This document shows, one piece after another, positions 20,706-30,785 of a stretch of 64,000 nt of DNA. The position numbers and the translations under genes were made by a program. Under the pieces are notes generated by a model, which saw only the letters and a program-made list of their open reading frames with translations, did not search any database and was not told the origin of the DNA. The first letter of the stretch is position 1. Each line of letters begins with the position of its first letter. The DNA lies in sequence record SRR20825010_2939. The stretch is one strand, 5' to 3'.

Positions 20706-22211
20706 ATGAAAAATAACCAAGGAAGCACTATCACAACCTTCCAGCTGCCAAGTTCCGACCCTGAAGCAGGGCTTATACTCGATTCCGACGGCCAGCTGCT
20801 AGGCTTGAATCAGGCAGCGAAAGATCTGTGTGCGGAGACCGGAACCGACAACCCGATCAGACTGCTACCAGTCAATTTCTCAGCTCTGATCAATGCCTGC
20901 CTTACCCAGGGGCGCGCTATTGAAGGCGTGGAGAGTCGTCTGCATTCGGCCACCCTGTCGTGGACGTTCATTCCCGACCAGGACTCTCGCCAGATTCTGG
21001 CACGGGGACGGGATGTCACAGACAACATTCGGAAACTGGACGAGGCAACCCGATCCAGCCGGCTTTACCGATTGATTACCGAAAACACTACAGACCTTAT
21101 TTCCCGGCATGCACCGGATGGCAGGTTCATTGATGCCACGCCGGCATCCTGGAGGCTGCTGGGGTACTGGCCTGAGGAACTTAGGGGCAAACCTCTTGAA
21201 GAGGTATTCCGAAGCAATGCCTTCAGCGCCGAAATGGAGGAAGCCCGTAACCGGCTTCGGGACGAAGGCTACGCCACCATGACCATAGAGATCACCCACC
21301 GGGACGGCAGCAAGCGATGGTTTGAAATCGCCAGCCGGGCGATCAGGGAAACCTACACCGGAGCAGTGATCGAGGCCGTCAGCGTCTCACGAGACATTAC
21401 CGCAAGGGTAAAGTCGGAAGAAAACAACCGCCGACTGGCCGAAGAACTCGCCCACACTGCCCGCCTGGCGACACTGGGCGAACTGGCATCCAGTATCGCC
21501 CACGAGATGAACCAGCCACTGGCGTCGATCGTTAACTTTGCCAGTGCAAGCCAGCGTTATCTGAAACTGGCCCTGGAGTACCCGGAGAACCTCGAGCGGG
21601 TGGACGATGGTCTGCAGCGAATCACTCATCACGCCAACCGCGCCTCGGAAGTCATCAAGCGACTGCGGGCCTTTCTACGTAAGGGGCAGCAACGCACAGC
21701 GCCGGTTAACATCAATGACGCGGTAACCAACGTCAAGCGACTATGCCAATGGGATGCAGACAAACATAATGTTGTCATCCAGGAGAACCTAACGCCGCTC
21801 AACCCCGTACTCACTGCCGACCCGGTCTTACTCGAGCAGGTGTTGATCAACCTGATTCGCAACGGTATCGACGCCAATACCGAAGCCCGGCAGGATAACA
21901 ACGCCCCATCTCACATTAAGATTGAAACCTGCATAACACCGGCGCAGGAGACCCTGATCAAGGTGACTGACCACGGAACGGGCCTTGACGAGGAAGGCCT
22001 GCGACACATGTTCACGCCCTTCTATACCAGCAAACCTCAAGGACTTGGCCTTGGACTTTCCATGAGTCGCTCCATTATTGAGGGATATGGCGGCTTTCTG
22101 GACGCACAACCAGCCGACGGTGGCGGCCTGACACTGATATGCCGCTTCCCTCCTCCCCACTGCAAAAAGAATGAATCCGGCAACCCTAGGGAGACAGACC
22201 AGGATGAGTGA
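20706..22211 (+). CDS. PAS-domain sensor histidine kinase (BfiS-like)
   Basis: PAS LYRLITENTTDLISRHAPDGRF, H-box IAHEMNQPL, NLIRNG, DHGTG, GLGLGL. No TM helices. Confidence 0.9.
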   Translation: MKNNQGSTITTFQLPSSDPEAGLILDSDGQLLGLNQAAKDLCAETGTDNPIRLLPVNFSALINACLTQGRAIEGVESRLHSATLSWTFIPDQDSRQILARGRDVTDNIRKLDEATRSSRLYRLITENTTDLISRHAPDGRFIDATPASWRLLGYWPEELRGKPLEEVFRSNAFSAEMEEARNRLRDEGYATMTIEITHRDGSKRWFEIASRAIRETYTGAVIEAVSVSRDITARVKSEENNRRLAEELAHTARLATLGELASSIAHEMNQPLASIVNFASASQRYLKLALEYPENLERVDDGLQRITHHANRASEVIKRLRAFLRKGQQRTAPVNINDAVTNVKRLCQWDADKHNVVIQENLTPLNPVLTADPVLLEQVLINLIRNGIDANTEARQDNNAPSHIKIETCITPAQETLIKVTDHGTGLDEEGLRHMFTPFYTSKPQGLGLGLSMSRSIIEGYGGFLDAQPADGGGLTLICRFPPPHCKKNESGNPRETDQDE

Positions 22212-22842
22212 TTCAGCCAATACCGTTTATGTTGTAGACGATGATGCCGGCATGCTGGAGTCCACCCAGTGGCTGCTGGAGTCCGTTGGCCTACACGTGC
22301 AGCCTTATGCAGATGGCCGGCAATTTCTGAACGCCGTTAATCCGGAGCATACCGGCTGCGTGGTCCTCGACATACGGATGCCTGGACTCGGCGGCCTGAA
22401 CGTTCAGGAAGAGCTTCAAAACCGGGGCTCGCAACTTCCCATCATCTTTCTCTCTGGCCACGCGGATGTGCCCATCGTAGTACGCGCCTTCAAATCCGGG
22501 GCTTTTGATTTCATCGAGAAGCCATTCAACGAACAACTTCTTCTGGATAGCGTCCAGCAGGCCCTTCAGGAACATCAGAAAACCAATAGTCAACAACGTG
22601 GAGACCAGCATACTGACACGCTTGTCGCTTCTCTCACACGGCGGGAACGGGATGTATTCATGCCATTGGCACAAGGATACACCAGCAGGGAAATAGCGGA
22701 GCAACTGGGCATCGGCGTGAAGACAATTGACTTGTACAGGGCGCGCGTAATGAAACGGCTAGGTGTGGAGCGCGTGCCGGATGTTACGGGCATTGCGGTT
22801 GCCATCGGCCTGCTGGATCCGATGAGCCTGCGAAAAAAATAG
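22204..22842 (+). CDS. FixJ/LuxR-type response regulator (BfiR-like)
   Basis: REC (VVDDD, LDIRMPG, EKP) plus HTH LTRRERDV...SREIAEQLGIGVKTIDLYRARVMKRL. Overlaps the kinase stop codon. Confidence 0.9.
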   Translation: MSDSANTVYVVDDDAGMLESTQWLLESVGLHVQPYADGRQFLNAVNPEHTGCVVLDIRMPGLGGLNVQEELQNRGSQLPIIFLSGHADVPIVVRAFKSGAFDFIEKPFNEQLLLDSVQQALQEHQKTNSQQRGDQHTDTLVASLTRRERDVFMPLAQGYTSREIAEQLGIGVKTIDLYRARVMKRLGVERVPDVTGIAVAIGLLDPMSLRKK

Positions 22843-22849
22843 GCCCGAG

Positions 22850-24268
22850 TCAGGCCCGGGACCCAGCCGCCACAGCCGTTGCGATGGCACCGAGGCGCGC
22901 AATGGCTTGCTCAACCCGCTCACTCCAGGGATTGGCACCATTCAGCCGCAGGCAATTTTCGTACTTGTCGGTGATGGAGAACATCAGACCCGGAGCTACG
23001 TTGATATTCTCCTCCCGTGCCCGACGAAACACCTCTGTACCGGAAACTGTGCGCGGAAGCTGAACCCACAGCACGAAACCGCCCTGGGGACGGCTGACAG
23101 CCGTACCTTCCGGGAAGGAGCGTCCTACTGCCGCACGCATACGGTCCGTTGCCTCGCGGTAACGCTGCCGGGCTGAACGCAGGTATCGGTCGTAACCGCC
23201 CTGCTCCAGGAAATGCGCTACGGCAATCTGCGGCACACTCGCCGTACCCAAATTACTGAAATACTTCTGCTGCCGTGCTTCGGCGAGGTATTTTCCCGGC
23301 ATCATCCATCCCAGACGCAAACCGGGCGAGATGGTCTTAGAGAAGGAGTTGCAATAGATAACGTTGCCGGTGCGATCAAAGACTTTTGCCGGTCTGGGTC
23401 GATGGGTGCCGTAATACAAATCGCCGTAGATGTCGTCCTCAATCAAAGGAACGCCCGCCGCTTCCAGCATCCTTACCATCTGCTGCTTGCGAAGATCAGA
23501 CATCGTCGCGCCCATGGGATTGCTGTGGTTGGGGACCACCACGCATGCCTTCACCGGCCACTGTTCCAGCGCCAACTCCAACCCCTCCAGGCTCAGCCCT
23601 TCCGAAGGGTGCGTGGGCACTTCAATGACCCGGAGCCCAACCACGTCCAGCGCCTGGAGGATGCCCGGGAACGATGGTGACTCGACAACCACGATATCCC
23701 CAGGCGAAGTGACCGCCTGCAGGGCAAGAATAATGGCTTCCTGGGCACCGTTGGTGGCAAGAATGTCGTCGGGCGTGGTAATAATCCCCAATGCGGCCAT
23801 TCGCTGGGCCACCTGACGGCGATACTCGATCTTGCCGGGAAAGGCATAGTCTAATGTTTCCAGCCCTCGCCGTGCAGCCCAGAGGGTGGCATGCTGAATC
23901 TGCCGCACAGGCAGGAAATCGGGATGTGGCACAGCGGCCGCCAGAGGCACCATGCGTTTCTCTTCGTCAGCACAAAGATCAAGCGCCATGTCACGGGCAC
24001 TCACCGGCACCGGCTTGGCTTTGTGCTTCTGCATCACCGGTTCTGGTGTATCCCGCCTGGGCAGATGCACAAAATAGCCGCTGCGCTCTCGCGCTTCGAG
24101 GTAGCCTCGGGCCTCCAGCGTCTGGTGTGCTTGAAGCACCGTTGACACGCTCACGCCAAACTGGCGACTGAGCGCCCGAACACCAGGCAACCGCTCACCT
24201 TCGCGATAAACCCCATCACGAATCAACGCGTGTAACTGGTCTGCTACCTGATTATAGAGAATGCCCAT
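22850..24268 (-). CDS. MocR/GabR-type GntR regulator with PLP aminotransferase domain
   Basis: wHTH RLPGVRALSRQFGVSVSTV, then IEDDIY and SFSKTISPGLRLGW. Confidence 0.93.
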   Translation of the reverse strand: MGILYNQVADQLHALIRDGVYREGERLPGVRALSRQFGVSVSTVLQAHQTLEARGYLEARERSGYFVHLPRRDTPEPVMQKHKAKPVPVSARDMALDLCADEEKRMVPLAAAVPHPDFLPVRQIQHATLWAARRGLETLDYAFPGKIEYRRQVAQRMAALGIITTPDDILATNGAQEAIILALQAVTSPGDIVVVESPSFPGILQALDVVGLRVIEVPTHPSEGLSLEGLELALEQWPVKACVVVPNHSNPMGATMSDLRKQQMVRMLEAAGVPLIEDDIYGDLYYGTHRPRPAKVFDRTGNVIYCNSFSKTISPGLRLGWMMPGKYLAEARQQKYFSNLGTASVPQIAVAHFLEQGGYDRYLRSARQRYREATDRMRAAVGRSFPEGTAVSRPQGGFVLWVQLPRTVSGTEVFRRAREENINVAPGLMFSITDKYENCLRLNGANPWSERVEQAIARLGAIATAVAAGSRA

Positions 24269-24458
24269 CGCTTCATCCTGCCAGATCAATCCAGAATGGC
24301 TGCAGTACAGATCAAACAGATTCTCACCAGCACAGATGTCGAACAAAAAAGCCTGTACCGGTCCAAAATCACAATATCTGAATCTGTTATGGTTGTCTGT
24401 ATAAACAGAGAATGGTGACCCTGGCCATCACTCATCGAATCTCACGAAAGGAAAGGGA

Positions 24459-25268
24459 ATGAAAACACTACCGATTTACCAGGTCGACGCCTTCGCCAAT
24501 CAGGTTTTCGGCGGCAACCCCGCGGCCGTCATGCCACTTGAAGAGTGGCTGCCAGACGACACCATGCAGAAACTGGCACTGGAAAATCACCTCTCGGAAA
24601 CAGCCTTTCTGGTGCCCTTACCCGAGGAAGCGGACGAAGACTTCCACATACGCTGGTTCACCCCTGGCACTGAAGTGCCGCTATGCGGTCACGCCACACT
24701 CGCCAGCGCCTGGGTTCTATTCAACAAGCTCGGGTGGCAAAAGGAACAAATCCGATTCCAGTCCAAAAGCGGGCCCCTGGGAGTGAAACAGACCGACGAC
24801 GGCTGGCTGGAACTGGATTTCCCCAATCTGGGCTTTGAGGAACGCCCGACACCCAGCCTGATTCTGGAAGCCCTGGAAGGCTGCCCGAACACTTCGTTCT
24901 TTGTCCCCAAAGACACCAATTACCTCATCGTCCTCGGAGACGAAGCGGCAGTAAAAACTGCGCAGCCGGACATCCGCAAGCTCAAGGAACTTGGTAATCT
25001 GGGCGTCATCATCACTGCGCCTGGCAATGACTGCGACTTCGTCAGCCGTTACTTCGCCCCCGGCGGCGGCATTGATGAAGACCCAGTCACCGGCTCAATC
25101 CACAGTATTCTGGTGCCCTACTGGGCCGAAAAACTCGGCAAGAATCACCTGTTGGCACACCAGGTGTCCGTAAGGGGCGGCGTTCTGCGATGTGAACTGA
25201 AGGGCGACCGCGTCGCCATTGCGGGCCAGGCGGCATTCTATATGGAAGGTTCCGTGCAACTGCCCTAA
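24459..25268 (+). CDS. PhzF-family isomerase/epimerase
   Basis: QVDAF...GGNPAAV, LSETAF, FTPGTEVPLCGHATLA, EDPVTGS. Confidence 0.93.
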   Translation: MKTLPIYQVDAFANQVFGGNPAAVMPLEEWLPDDTMQKLALENHLSETAFLVPLPEEADEDFHIRWFTPGTEVPLCGHATLASAWVLFNKLGWQKEQIRFQSKSGPLGVKQTDDGWLELDFPNLGFEERPTPSLILEALEGCPNTSFFVPKDTNYLIVLGDEAAVKTAQPDIRKLKELGNLGVIITAPGNDCDFVSRYFAPGGGIDEDPVTGSIHSILVPYWAEKLGKNHLLAHQVSVRGGVLRCELKGDRVAIAGQAAFYMEGSVQLP

Positions 25269-25329
25269 CGTCTTCGCAAAAATGTATACTGCGCCGGAAC
25301 TCCCAGAGCCAACACTGTAACTTCAAATC

Positions 25330-26514
25330 ATGACAACCCAGAACTACGACGTCATCATCATAGGCGCCGGCGCCGCAGGCCTGATGTGCGCTCTAACCGC
25401 AGGCTACCGTGGCCGCAGCGTGCTGTTGATCGACCACGCCAACAAACCCGGCAAGAAGATCCTCATGTCCGGCGGTGGCCGCTGCAACTTCACCAACCTC
25501 AACAGCACGCCGGCCAACTTCCTCTCGGACAACCCCCACTATTGCATCTCAGCGTTAAAACGCTACACCCCCCAGCACTTCCTGGACCTGGTTGAACGTC
25601 ACGGTATTGAGCACGAAGAAAAAGCCGCCGGCCAGCTTTTCTGCAAGGAGAGCAGCAAGGACATCCTCAACATGCTGCTGACCGAATGTGAATGGGCGGG
25701 CGCAGAAGTACGGCTCAAGACAAGCGTCGATACAATCAGCGGTGTCGATCACGGCTACCAGCTACAAACAAACAGCGGCACCCTGACCTGTGAATCCCTG
25801 GTCATCGCCTGCGGTGGGCTGTCCATCCCCACCATGGGCGCAACCGGCTTTGGCTACGATATTGCGAAACAGTTCGGGCTTGCCATACTGCCCACCCGGG
25901 CAGGGTTGGTGCCCTTCACCCTGCACCCGGAGCTGAAAGAACAGTTGGCGCCCCTGTCCGGCGTCAGTTGCCCTGTGGATGTGCATTGCAACAACGAACA
26001 TTTCCGCGAACCGATGCTGGTCACCCACCGCGGGCTCAGTGGCCCTTCGATGCTGCAGATTTCCAGCTTCTGGCACCCCGGCGACAGCCTGAACATTAAC
26101 ATGCTGCCCGCCACCAACGTAGAACAGGACCTGCACCACCTGCGGAAATCAAAACCGCAATCCACGGTGGCCCAATACCTTGCACAACACCTGCCCAAAC
26201 GCTTCGCCCAGGCCCTGAACGACGTTCACGGCTGGGCCGGCCCACTGCAGGGCTATAAAAACAGCGACATAGAGCAGGTGGCCCGCGCCCTGGACCAATG
26301 GACCATCAAACCTGCCGGCACCGAAGGCTATCGAACGGCCGAAGTAACCCTGGGTGGCGTGGATACCCGCCAGCTGTCATCAAAAACCATGGCGGTTCTG
26401 GACAGGCCGGATCTGTATTTTATTGGCGAGGTGGTGGATGTGACGGGGCACTTGGGCGGGCATAACTTTCAGTGGGCCTGGGCCTCGGGTGTGGCAGCAG
26501 GGAGCGCTGCCTGA
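25330..26514 (+). CDS. HI0933/YhiN/BaiN-like flavoprotein
   Basis: GAGAAG, GKKILMSGGGRCNFTN, AEVTLGGV, GEVVDVTGHLGGHNFQWAWASG. Confidence 0.93.
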   Translation: MTTQNYDVIIIGAGAAGLMCALTAGYRGRSVLLIDHANKPGKKILMSGGGRCNFTNLNSTPANFLSDNPHYCISALKRYTPQHFLDLVERHGIEHEEKAAGQLFCKESSKDILNMLLTECEWAGAEVRLKTSVDTISGVDHGYQLQTNSGTLTCESLVIACGGLSIPTMGATGFGYDIAKQFGLAILPTRAGLVPFTLHPELKEQLAPLSGVSCPVDVHCNNEHFREPMLVTHRGLSGPSMLQISSFWHPGDSLNINMLPATNVEQDLHHLRKSKPQSTVAQYLAQHLPKRFAQALNDVHGWAGPLQGYKNSDIEQVARALDQWTIKPAGTEGYRTAEVTLGGVDTRQLSSKTMAVLDRPDLYFIGEVVDVTGHLGGHNFQWAWASGVAAGSAA

Positions 26515-26534
26515 CACCCCGGGCAAAGCCCAGA

Positions 26535-28124
26535 CTAAAGGTATTTCTCGATAGGCAACCACGACAAGAACCCGGACTTCGCCCGGCGCCACCAATGGAC
26601 GGTCGGCTCACTGCCATATACCGCCTCACCGCTGCGCCACTGGAGATCTCCGTCCTCGTCCAGAGCCACCTCCCAGCTATTGCCGGGCGCCATGGTCAGC
26701 CGTACATCCTCCGCCACACGCTCTGCCAGGTCGGCACTGTGGATAATCAATACGGTTTCACCGTTGAGGTAGATGGAGCGGAGGTTAACGTTGAAGGACC
26801 CCACCACCAGGGTGCTGCGATCAAAAACCACTGATTTGGAGTGCAGGCTGACCTCGCCCGTGGCGCAGAAGGCGTCGTCACTCAACCATTGCCGGCAGGC
26901 CTCGGCATCAGGCTTGAGTTCGTAGATGTCTATGCCCTGCTCCAGCATGTAGGGACGCCAGCGGGCATAACCGGCATGGTTGGTGACCAGATCATTGGAA
27001 GCCAGAGAGTTGGTCAGCGCGGCAACCTCCAGTTGCGGGCGCTCATTGGCACCCAGGGCCTGCAACTGTTCCCTGGCAAGAATGAGGTAGGCGGACTCGA
27101 TCAGGATTTCCCGGGTGGCTGTCTGCGCCAGGCGTTGCAACGCCAGTGCGCTCCGTTTGGGTGTCTCGGATGGCGCGTCCATATGTTCAGGGGGAGGGTC
27201 AAACACCAGTTCCCCCTGAGCAATCGTCATTCGGCTGAACACGCTGGTCAGTTCAGACCTGCCCTGTTCCGCCCCGGTGGGGGAAGAGATGGGGAGCCGG
27301 GGTTGTGCGATGGCCTGCTGCCGAAGCCCCTCCAGCGTCTCGGCCAACTCCGTGCCAGTAGGCATGGATGTGTATAGATCGGAAGCGGGGTAAGCCCAGG
27401 GGCTGCTCCAGTAAGCCTGGAAATTATCCGCCATACCCTCAACCACCGGCCCCAGGGCAAGGACATCGCGATCCCTGAAATAGCGGCTCTCATCGAAGCC
27501 GAAATATTCATCACCAATGTTGCGACCACCGACAATGCCCGCAGTCCCGTCAACCACAAATGTCTTGTTGTGCATTCGGCGGTTTATTCGCTGGAAATCC
27601 ATCAGGAACGATACCCATCGGCCCCAGCCACTGCGGTTTCTGGCTGGGTTGAAGATGCGAATATGAATATTTGGGTGGGTATCCAGGGAAGCAAACAATT
27701 CGCCGATCCCCTCGGCGTTAAAGTCATCCAGCAGCAGCCGGACCTTAACACCACGGTCCGCTGCGAGTAACAGCCGGCCGGCCAGGTGCAGTCCGGAGTC
27801 ATCACGGTTCCAGATGTAGTACTGAGCATCAATACGGTGTTCAGCCGCCTCAATCATAGCGGCTCGGTACAGGAAAGCGTCCTGACCAGAATCCAGCAGG
27901 TAATAACCGGATTGACCGTTCGCGTCAGCTAGCCGTTGCCGGGACTGGCTGGAAAGGAAACTGTCGTCAGTCAACACGGCGGTTTCGGCTCCGGAATGAG
28001 TGGCCGGCGGCAAACTGCCGGCACAGCCTGTCAGCAACACTAGCAGCACTAGCAGCCCTGGCAGCCCCGACAGAAAGTAGCGTGCCGACATCAGCCCGGC
28101 AACAGAGCGCCGCTGGTTCAGCAT
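26535..28124 (-). CDS. Phospholipase D-family lipoprotein (ClsC/YmdC-like)
   Basis: Two HKD motifs (RMHNKTFVVDG, LHSKSVVFD) and lipobox LLTGC. Confidence 0.9.
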   Translation of the reverse strand: MLNQRRSVAGLMSARYFLSGLPGLLVLLVLLTGCAGSLPPATHSGAETAVLTDDSFLSSQSRQRLADANGQSGYYLLDSGQDAFLYRAAMIEAAEHRIDAQYYIWNRDDSGLHLAGRLLLAADRGVKVRLLLDDFNAEGIGELFASLDTHPNIHIRIFNPARNRSGWGRWVSFLMDFQRINRRMHNKTFVVDGTAGIVGGRNIGDEYFGFDESRYFRDRDVLALGPVVEGMADNFQAYWSSPWAYPASDLYTSMPTGTELAETLEGLRQQAIAQPRLPISSPTGAEQGRSELTSVFSRMTIAQGELVFDPPPEHMDAPSETPKRSALALQRLAQTATREILIESAYLILAREQLQALGANERPQLEVAALTNSLASNDLVTNHAGYARWRPYMLEQGIDIYELKPDAEACRQWLSDDAFCATGEVSLHSKSVVFDRSTLVVGSFNVNLRSIYLNGETVLIIHSADLAERVAEDVRLTMAPGNSWEVALDEDGDLQWRSGEAVYGSEPTVHWWRRAKSGFLSWLPIEKYL

Positions 28125-29050
28125 TAGCGCAGGATCACCAGCGGCTTTTTCGCGGTTTTCAGCATGGTGGTTGTGGTGCTTCCCACCAGGAACTGTCGAA
28201 TTCGTGAATGGCCATAGGCACCCATTACCAGGATGTCGATGTCGTGTTCTTCCTGGTAGGCGTGGAGCGTTGGCTCTACATCCCCGGCGCGGATCGCGAG
28301 GGTGATGTCGGAGCCAAGGTCACCCAGCATCTTCTCTGCTTTCTTGAGCTGTTCCCAGCGGTCATTGGTGTCCGCTCCAATCATCACCAGATGAATCGGC
28401 ATGCCTTTCAGTACCGGGCTACCCGCCAGAAGTTCCACGCCCTTGAACGCCGTGGCGCTGCCGTCAAAAGCCAGCATGGCGCTCTTTGGCTGCTCATACT
28501 CGTCCGGAACCAGAAGAATCGGGCGGTGGACACTACGAATCACCGTTTCCAGTTGGCTGCCCACATGTACGTCACGGTCTGAACTGCTCTCACCGTGCAG
28601 CCCCATGACCAGCAGACGGGTCTGGTTTTCCAGGGCCAGCAGGGATTCCGTCAGATCCCCATGGCGCTGGCGCTTGATCACGTCGTCAATGCCCTGTTCC
28701 TTCACCCGGTGTTCTGCCTCATCGAGCATGTGATGGCCGTGTTCCAGGGCCAGCTTGGAACGCTTGCGGTCAAGCTCGGCAAGCTCATCCATCAGCTGTT
28801 CACGGCTTCCCAAGCCAATGCTACCAGCCAGGTCCGGCTCTGTTGGATAGCGTTCCTCGTCGAGAACGTGCAGCAGAGTCATCGGGGTTTCCATGTGCTT
28901 GCTGGCCCAGGCAGCGTAATCACACACCGCCGGTGCAGCCCGGGAGCCGTCGATACAGGCAACTACTCGTAGCATTTCAACCTCGCCTTGGTGATCCTTG
29001 TGGTTGTTATTCTGACCGGTTACGTCTTTGAATTCCTTGGCTTGTGTCAT
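28124..29050 (-). CDS. Tandem-domain universal stress protein
   Basis: ACIDGS, VMGLHG...[28 protein letters not shown]. Alternative start at 28975. Confidence 0.92.
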   Translation of the reverse strand: MTQAKEFKDVTGQNNNHKDHQGEVEMLRVVACIDGSRAAPAVCDYAAWASKHMETPMTLLHVLDEERYPTEPDLAGSIGLGSREQLMDELAELDRKRSKLALEHGHHMLDEAEHRVKEQGIDDVIKRQRHGDLTESLLALENQTRLLVMGLHGESSSDRDVHVGSQLETVIRSVHRPILLVPDEYEQPKSAMLAFDGSATAFKGVELLAGSPVLKGMPIHLVMIGADTNDRWEQLKKAEKMLGDLGSDITLAIRAGDVEPTLHAYQEEHDIDILVMGAYGHSRIRQFLVGSTTTTMLKTAKKPLVILR

Positions 29051-29051
29051 A

Positions 29052-30539
29052 TCAGTGCGCCATCAACTGGTCAACGGCGTCGGGTTTATCGTGCACCCCA
29101 AAGCGGTCAACAATGGTGGCGCTGGCTTCATTCAGCCCGATAATCTCCACCTCCGCACCTTCGCGACGGAACTTGATAACGGCCTTGTCCAGAGCGCCCA
29201 CTGCCGTAATGTCCCAGAAGTGAGCCCGGGTCAGGTCAATCACCACATTATCCACTGCTTCCTTGAAATCAAAGGATTCCGTGAATTTTTCCGAGGAACT
29301 GAAGAACACCTGCCCGACAACGTTGTAGGTGCGGGTGTCAGTCGCCTCATCAAAGTCGGACGTCACCAGCATGTAATGGCCCACCTTGTTGGCAAAGAAC
29401 AGGGCCGCCAGAAGCACGCCTGCCAGCACGCCGAAGGCAAGGTTGTGCGTGGCGACGACGACAATAACGGTCACCACCATCACAATATTGGTGGACAGGG
29501 GGTGCTCTTTCAGGTTCTTGATCGACGCCCAGCTGAAGGTACCGATGGACACCATGATCATCACGGCTACGAGGGCCGCCATTGGAATCTGTACCAGCCA
29601 CTGATCCAGCACCAGCACGAGAACCAGCAGGAATACACCCGCTGTCAGCGTGGAAAGCCGCGTTCGGCCGCCGGATTTGATGTTGATAATGGACTGGCCA
29701 ATCATCGCGCAGCCGGCCATGCCGCCCAGGAGGCCAGAACCGATATTGGCAACGCCCTGCCCTTTGCACTCCCGGTTACGGTCACTGGTTGTGTCCGTGA
29801 GGTCGTCCACAATGGTGGCGGTCATCATGGATTCCAGAAGGCCAACAATGGCTAGACCGACGGAGTAAGGCAGGATGATCATCAGGGTTTCAAGATTCAG
29901 TGGCACGTCTGGCCACAGGAAAATCGGAAGCGTATCCGGCAGTTGCCCCATATCACCGACCGTGCGGATATCGATGTTGTAGACCATCGCGACGATGGTC
30001 AGCGAGACAATACAGATCAACGGCGATGGCAGTATGCGGCCGACGACCGGCACCAGTGGAAACAGGTAAATGATACCCAGTCCGGCAGCGGTCATCGCAT
30101 AAACGTGCCAGGTGACATTAGTCAGTTCTGGCAACTGCGCCATAAAGATCAGGATAGCCAGCGCGTTCACAAACCCGGTCACCACGGAACGGGACACAAA
30201 GCGCATCAGGCCGCCGAGTTTCAGATAGCCAGCGCCGATCTGCAGCAACCCGGTCAGCAGCGTAGCTGCAAGCAGATACTCCAGGCCGTGCTCCTTTACA
30301 AGAGTCACCATCAACAGCGCCATAGCGCCTGTCGCGGCGGAGATCATACCGGGGCGGCCGCCGACGAAGGCAATCACCACCGCAATACAGAACGAGGCAT
30401 ACAGACCCACTTTCGGGTCCACACCGGCGATAATGGAAAAAGCGATGGCTTCGGGAATCAACGCCAGCGCCACCACAATGCCGGCAAGCAAATCGCCGCG
30501 TATATTGGAAAGCCAGTCGGCCTTAAGCTTGTTCACCAT
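29052..30539 (-). CDS. SulP-family inorganic anion transporter with STAS domain
   Basis: [44 protein letters not shown] motif HFWDITAV. Confidence 0.95.
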   Translation of the reverse strand: MVNKLKADWLSNIRGDLLAGIVVALALIPEAIAFSIIAGVDPKVGLYASFCIAVVIAFVGGRPGMISAATGAMALLMVTLVKEHGLEYLLAATLLTGLLQIGAGYLKLGGLMRFVSRSVVTGFVNALAILIFMAQLPELTNVTWHVYAMTAAGLGIIYLFPLVPVVGRILPSPLICIVSLTIVAMVYNIDIRTVGDMGQLPDTLPIFLWPDVPLNLETLMIILPYSVGLAIVGLLESMMTATIVDDLTDTTSDRNRECKGQGVANIGSGLLGGMAGCAMIGQSIINIKSGGRTRLSTLTAGVFLLVLVLVLDQWLVQIPMAALVAVMIMVSIGTFSWASIKNLKEHPLSTNIVMVVTVIVVVATHNLAFGVLAGVLLAALFFANKVGHYMLVTSDFDEATDTRTYNVVGQVFFSSSEKFTESFDFKEAVDNVVIDLTRAHFWDITAVGALDKAVIKFRREGAEVEIIGLNEASATIVDRFGVHDKPDAVDQLMAH

Positions 30540-30650
30540 ATCGTTGGTATCCAGTCAGAGAGGGCAAATTCGGGACGTAAAAACCGGTTGTAGTCCTCAT
30601 GAGGTGACTACCGGAGTTCAATCAGGACGTAAACCTGGGAGCACAGGACG

Positions 30651-30692
30651 CTAGGGCGGAGTGATCGTCGTAACTGTCGTGGGGACGTTCAT
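30651..30692 (-). CDS. Putative leader peptide [13 protein letters not shown] in the sulP 5' leader
   Basis: ATG AAC GTC CCC ACG ACA GTT ACG ACG ATC ACT CCG CCC TAG. Preceded by a TAATG-overlapping mini-ORF MNVP (30706-30692). Confidence 0.4.
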   Translation of the reverse strand: MNVPTTVTTITPP

Positions 30693-30763
30693 TAAGGTAC
30701 GTTCATAAGCTGCGAATTAAAGGCGGCGAAGCATACCAGAACGGTGCTGGAAAAGTAACCGGC

Positions 30764-30782
30764 GGGCCCGGAGACCGGGCCC
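30764..30782. terminator. GC hairpin just after the argO stop codon
   Basis: GGGCCCGG-AGA-CCGGGCCC. The U-tract is weak and displaced. Confidence 0.45.
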
Positions 30783-30785
30783 TGT

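Noticed and set aside
24397..24408. CTGTATAAACAG as an SOS box
   Set aside because: The spacer is 6 bp, not 10. It is better explained as part of the MocR repeat array.
28124..30539. sulP-usp as part of a Tn6022-like transposon
   Set aside because: No tni genes, terminal repeats or composition shift in the flanks.
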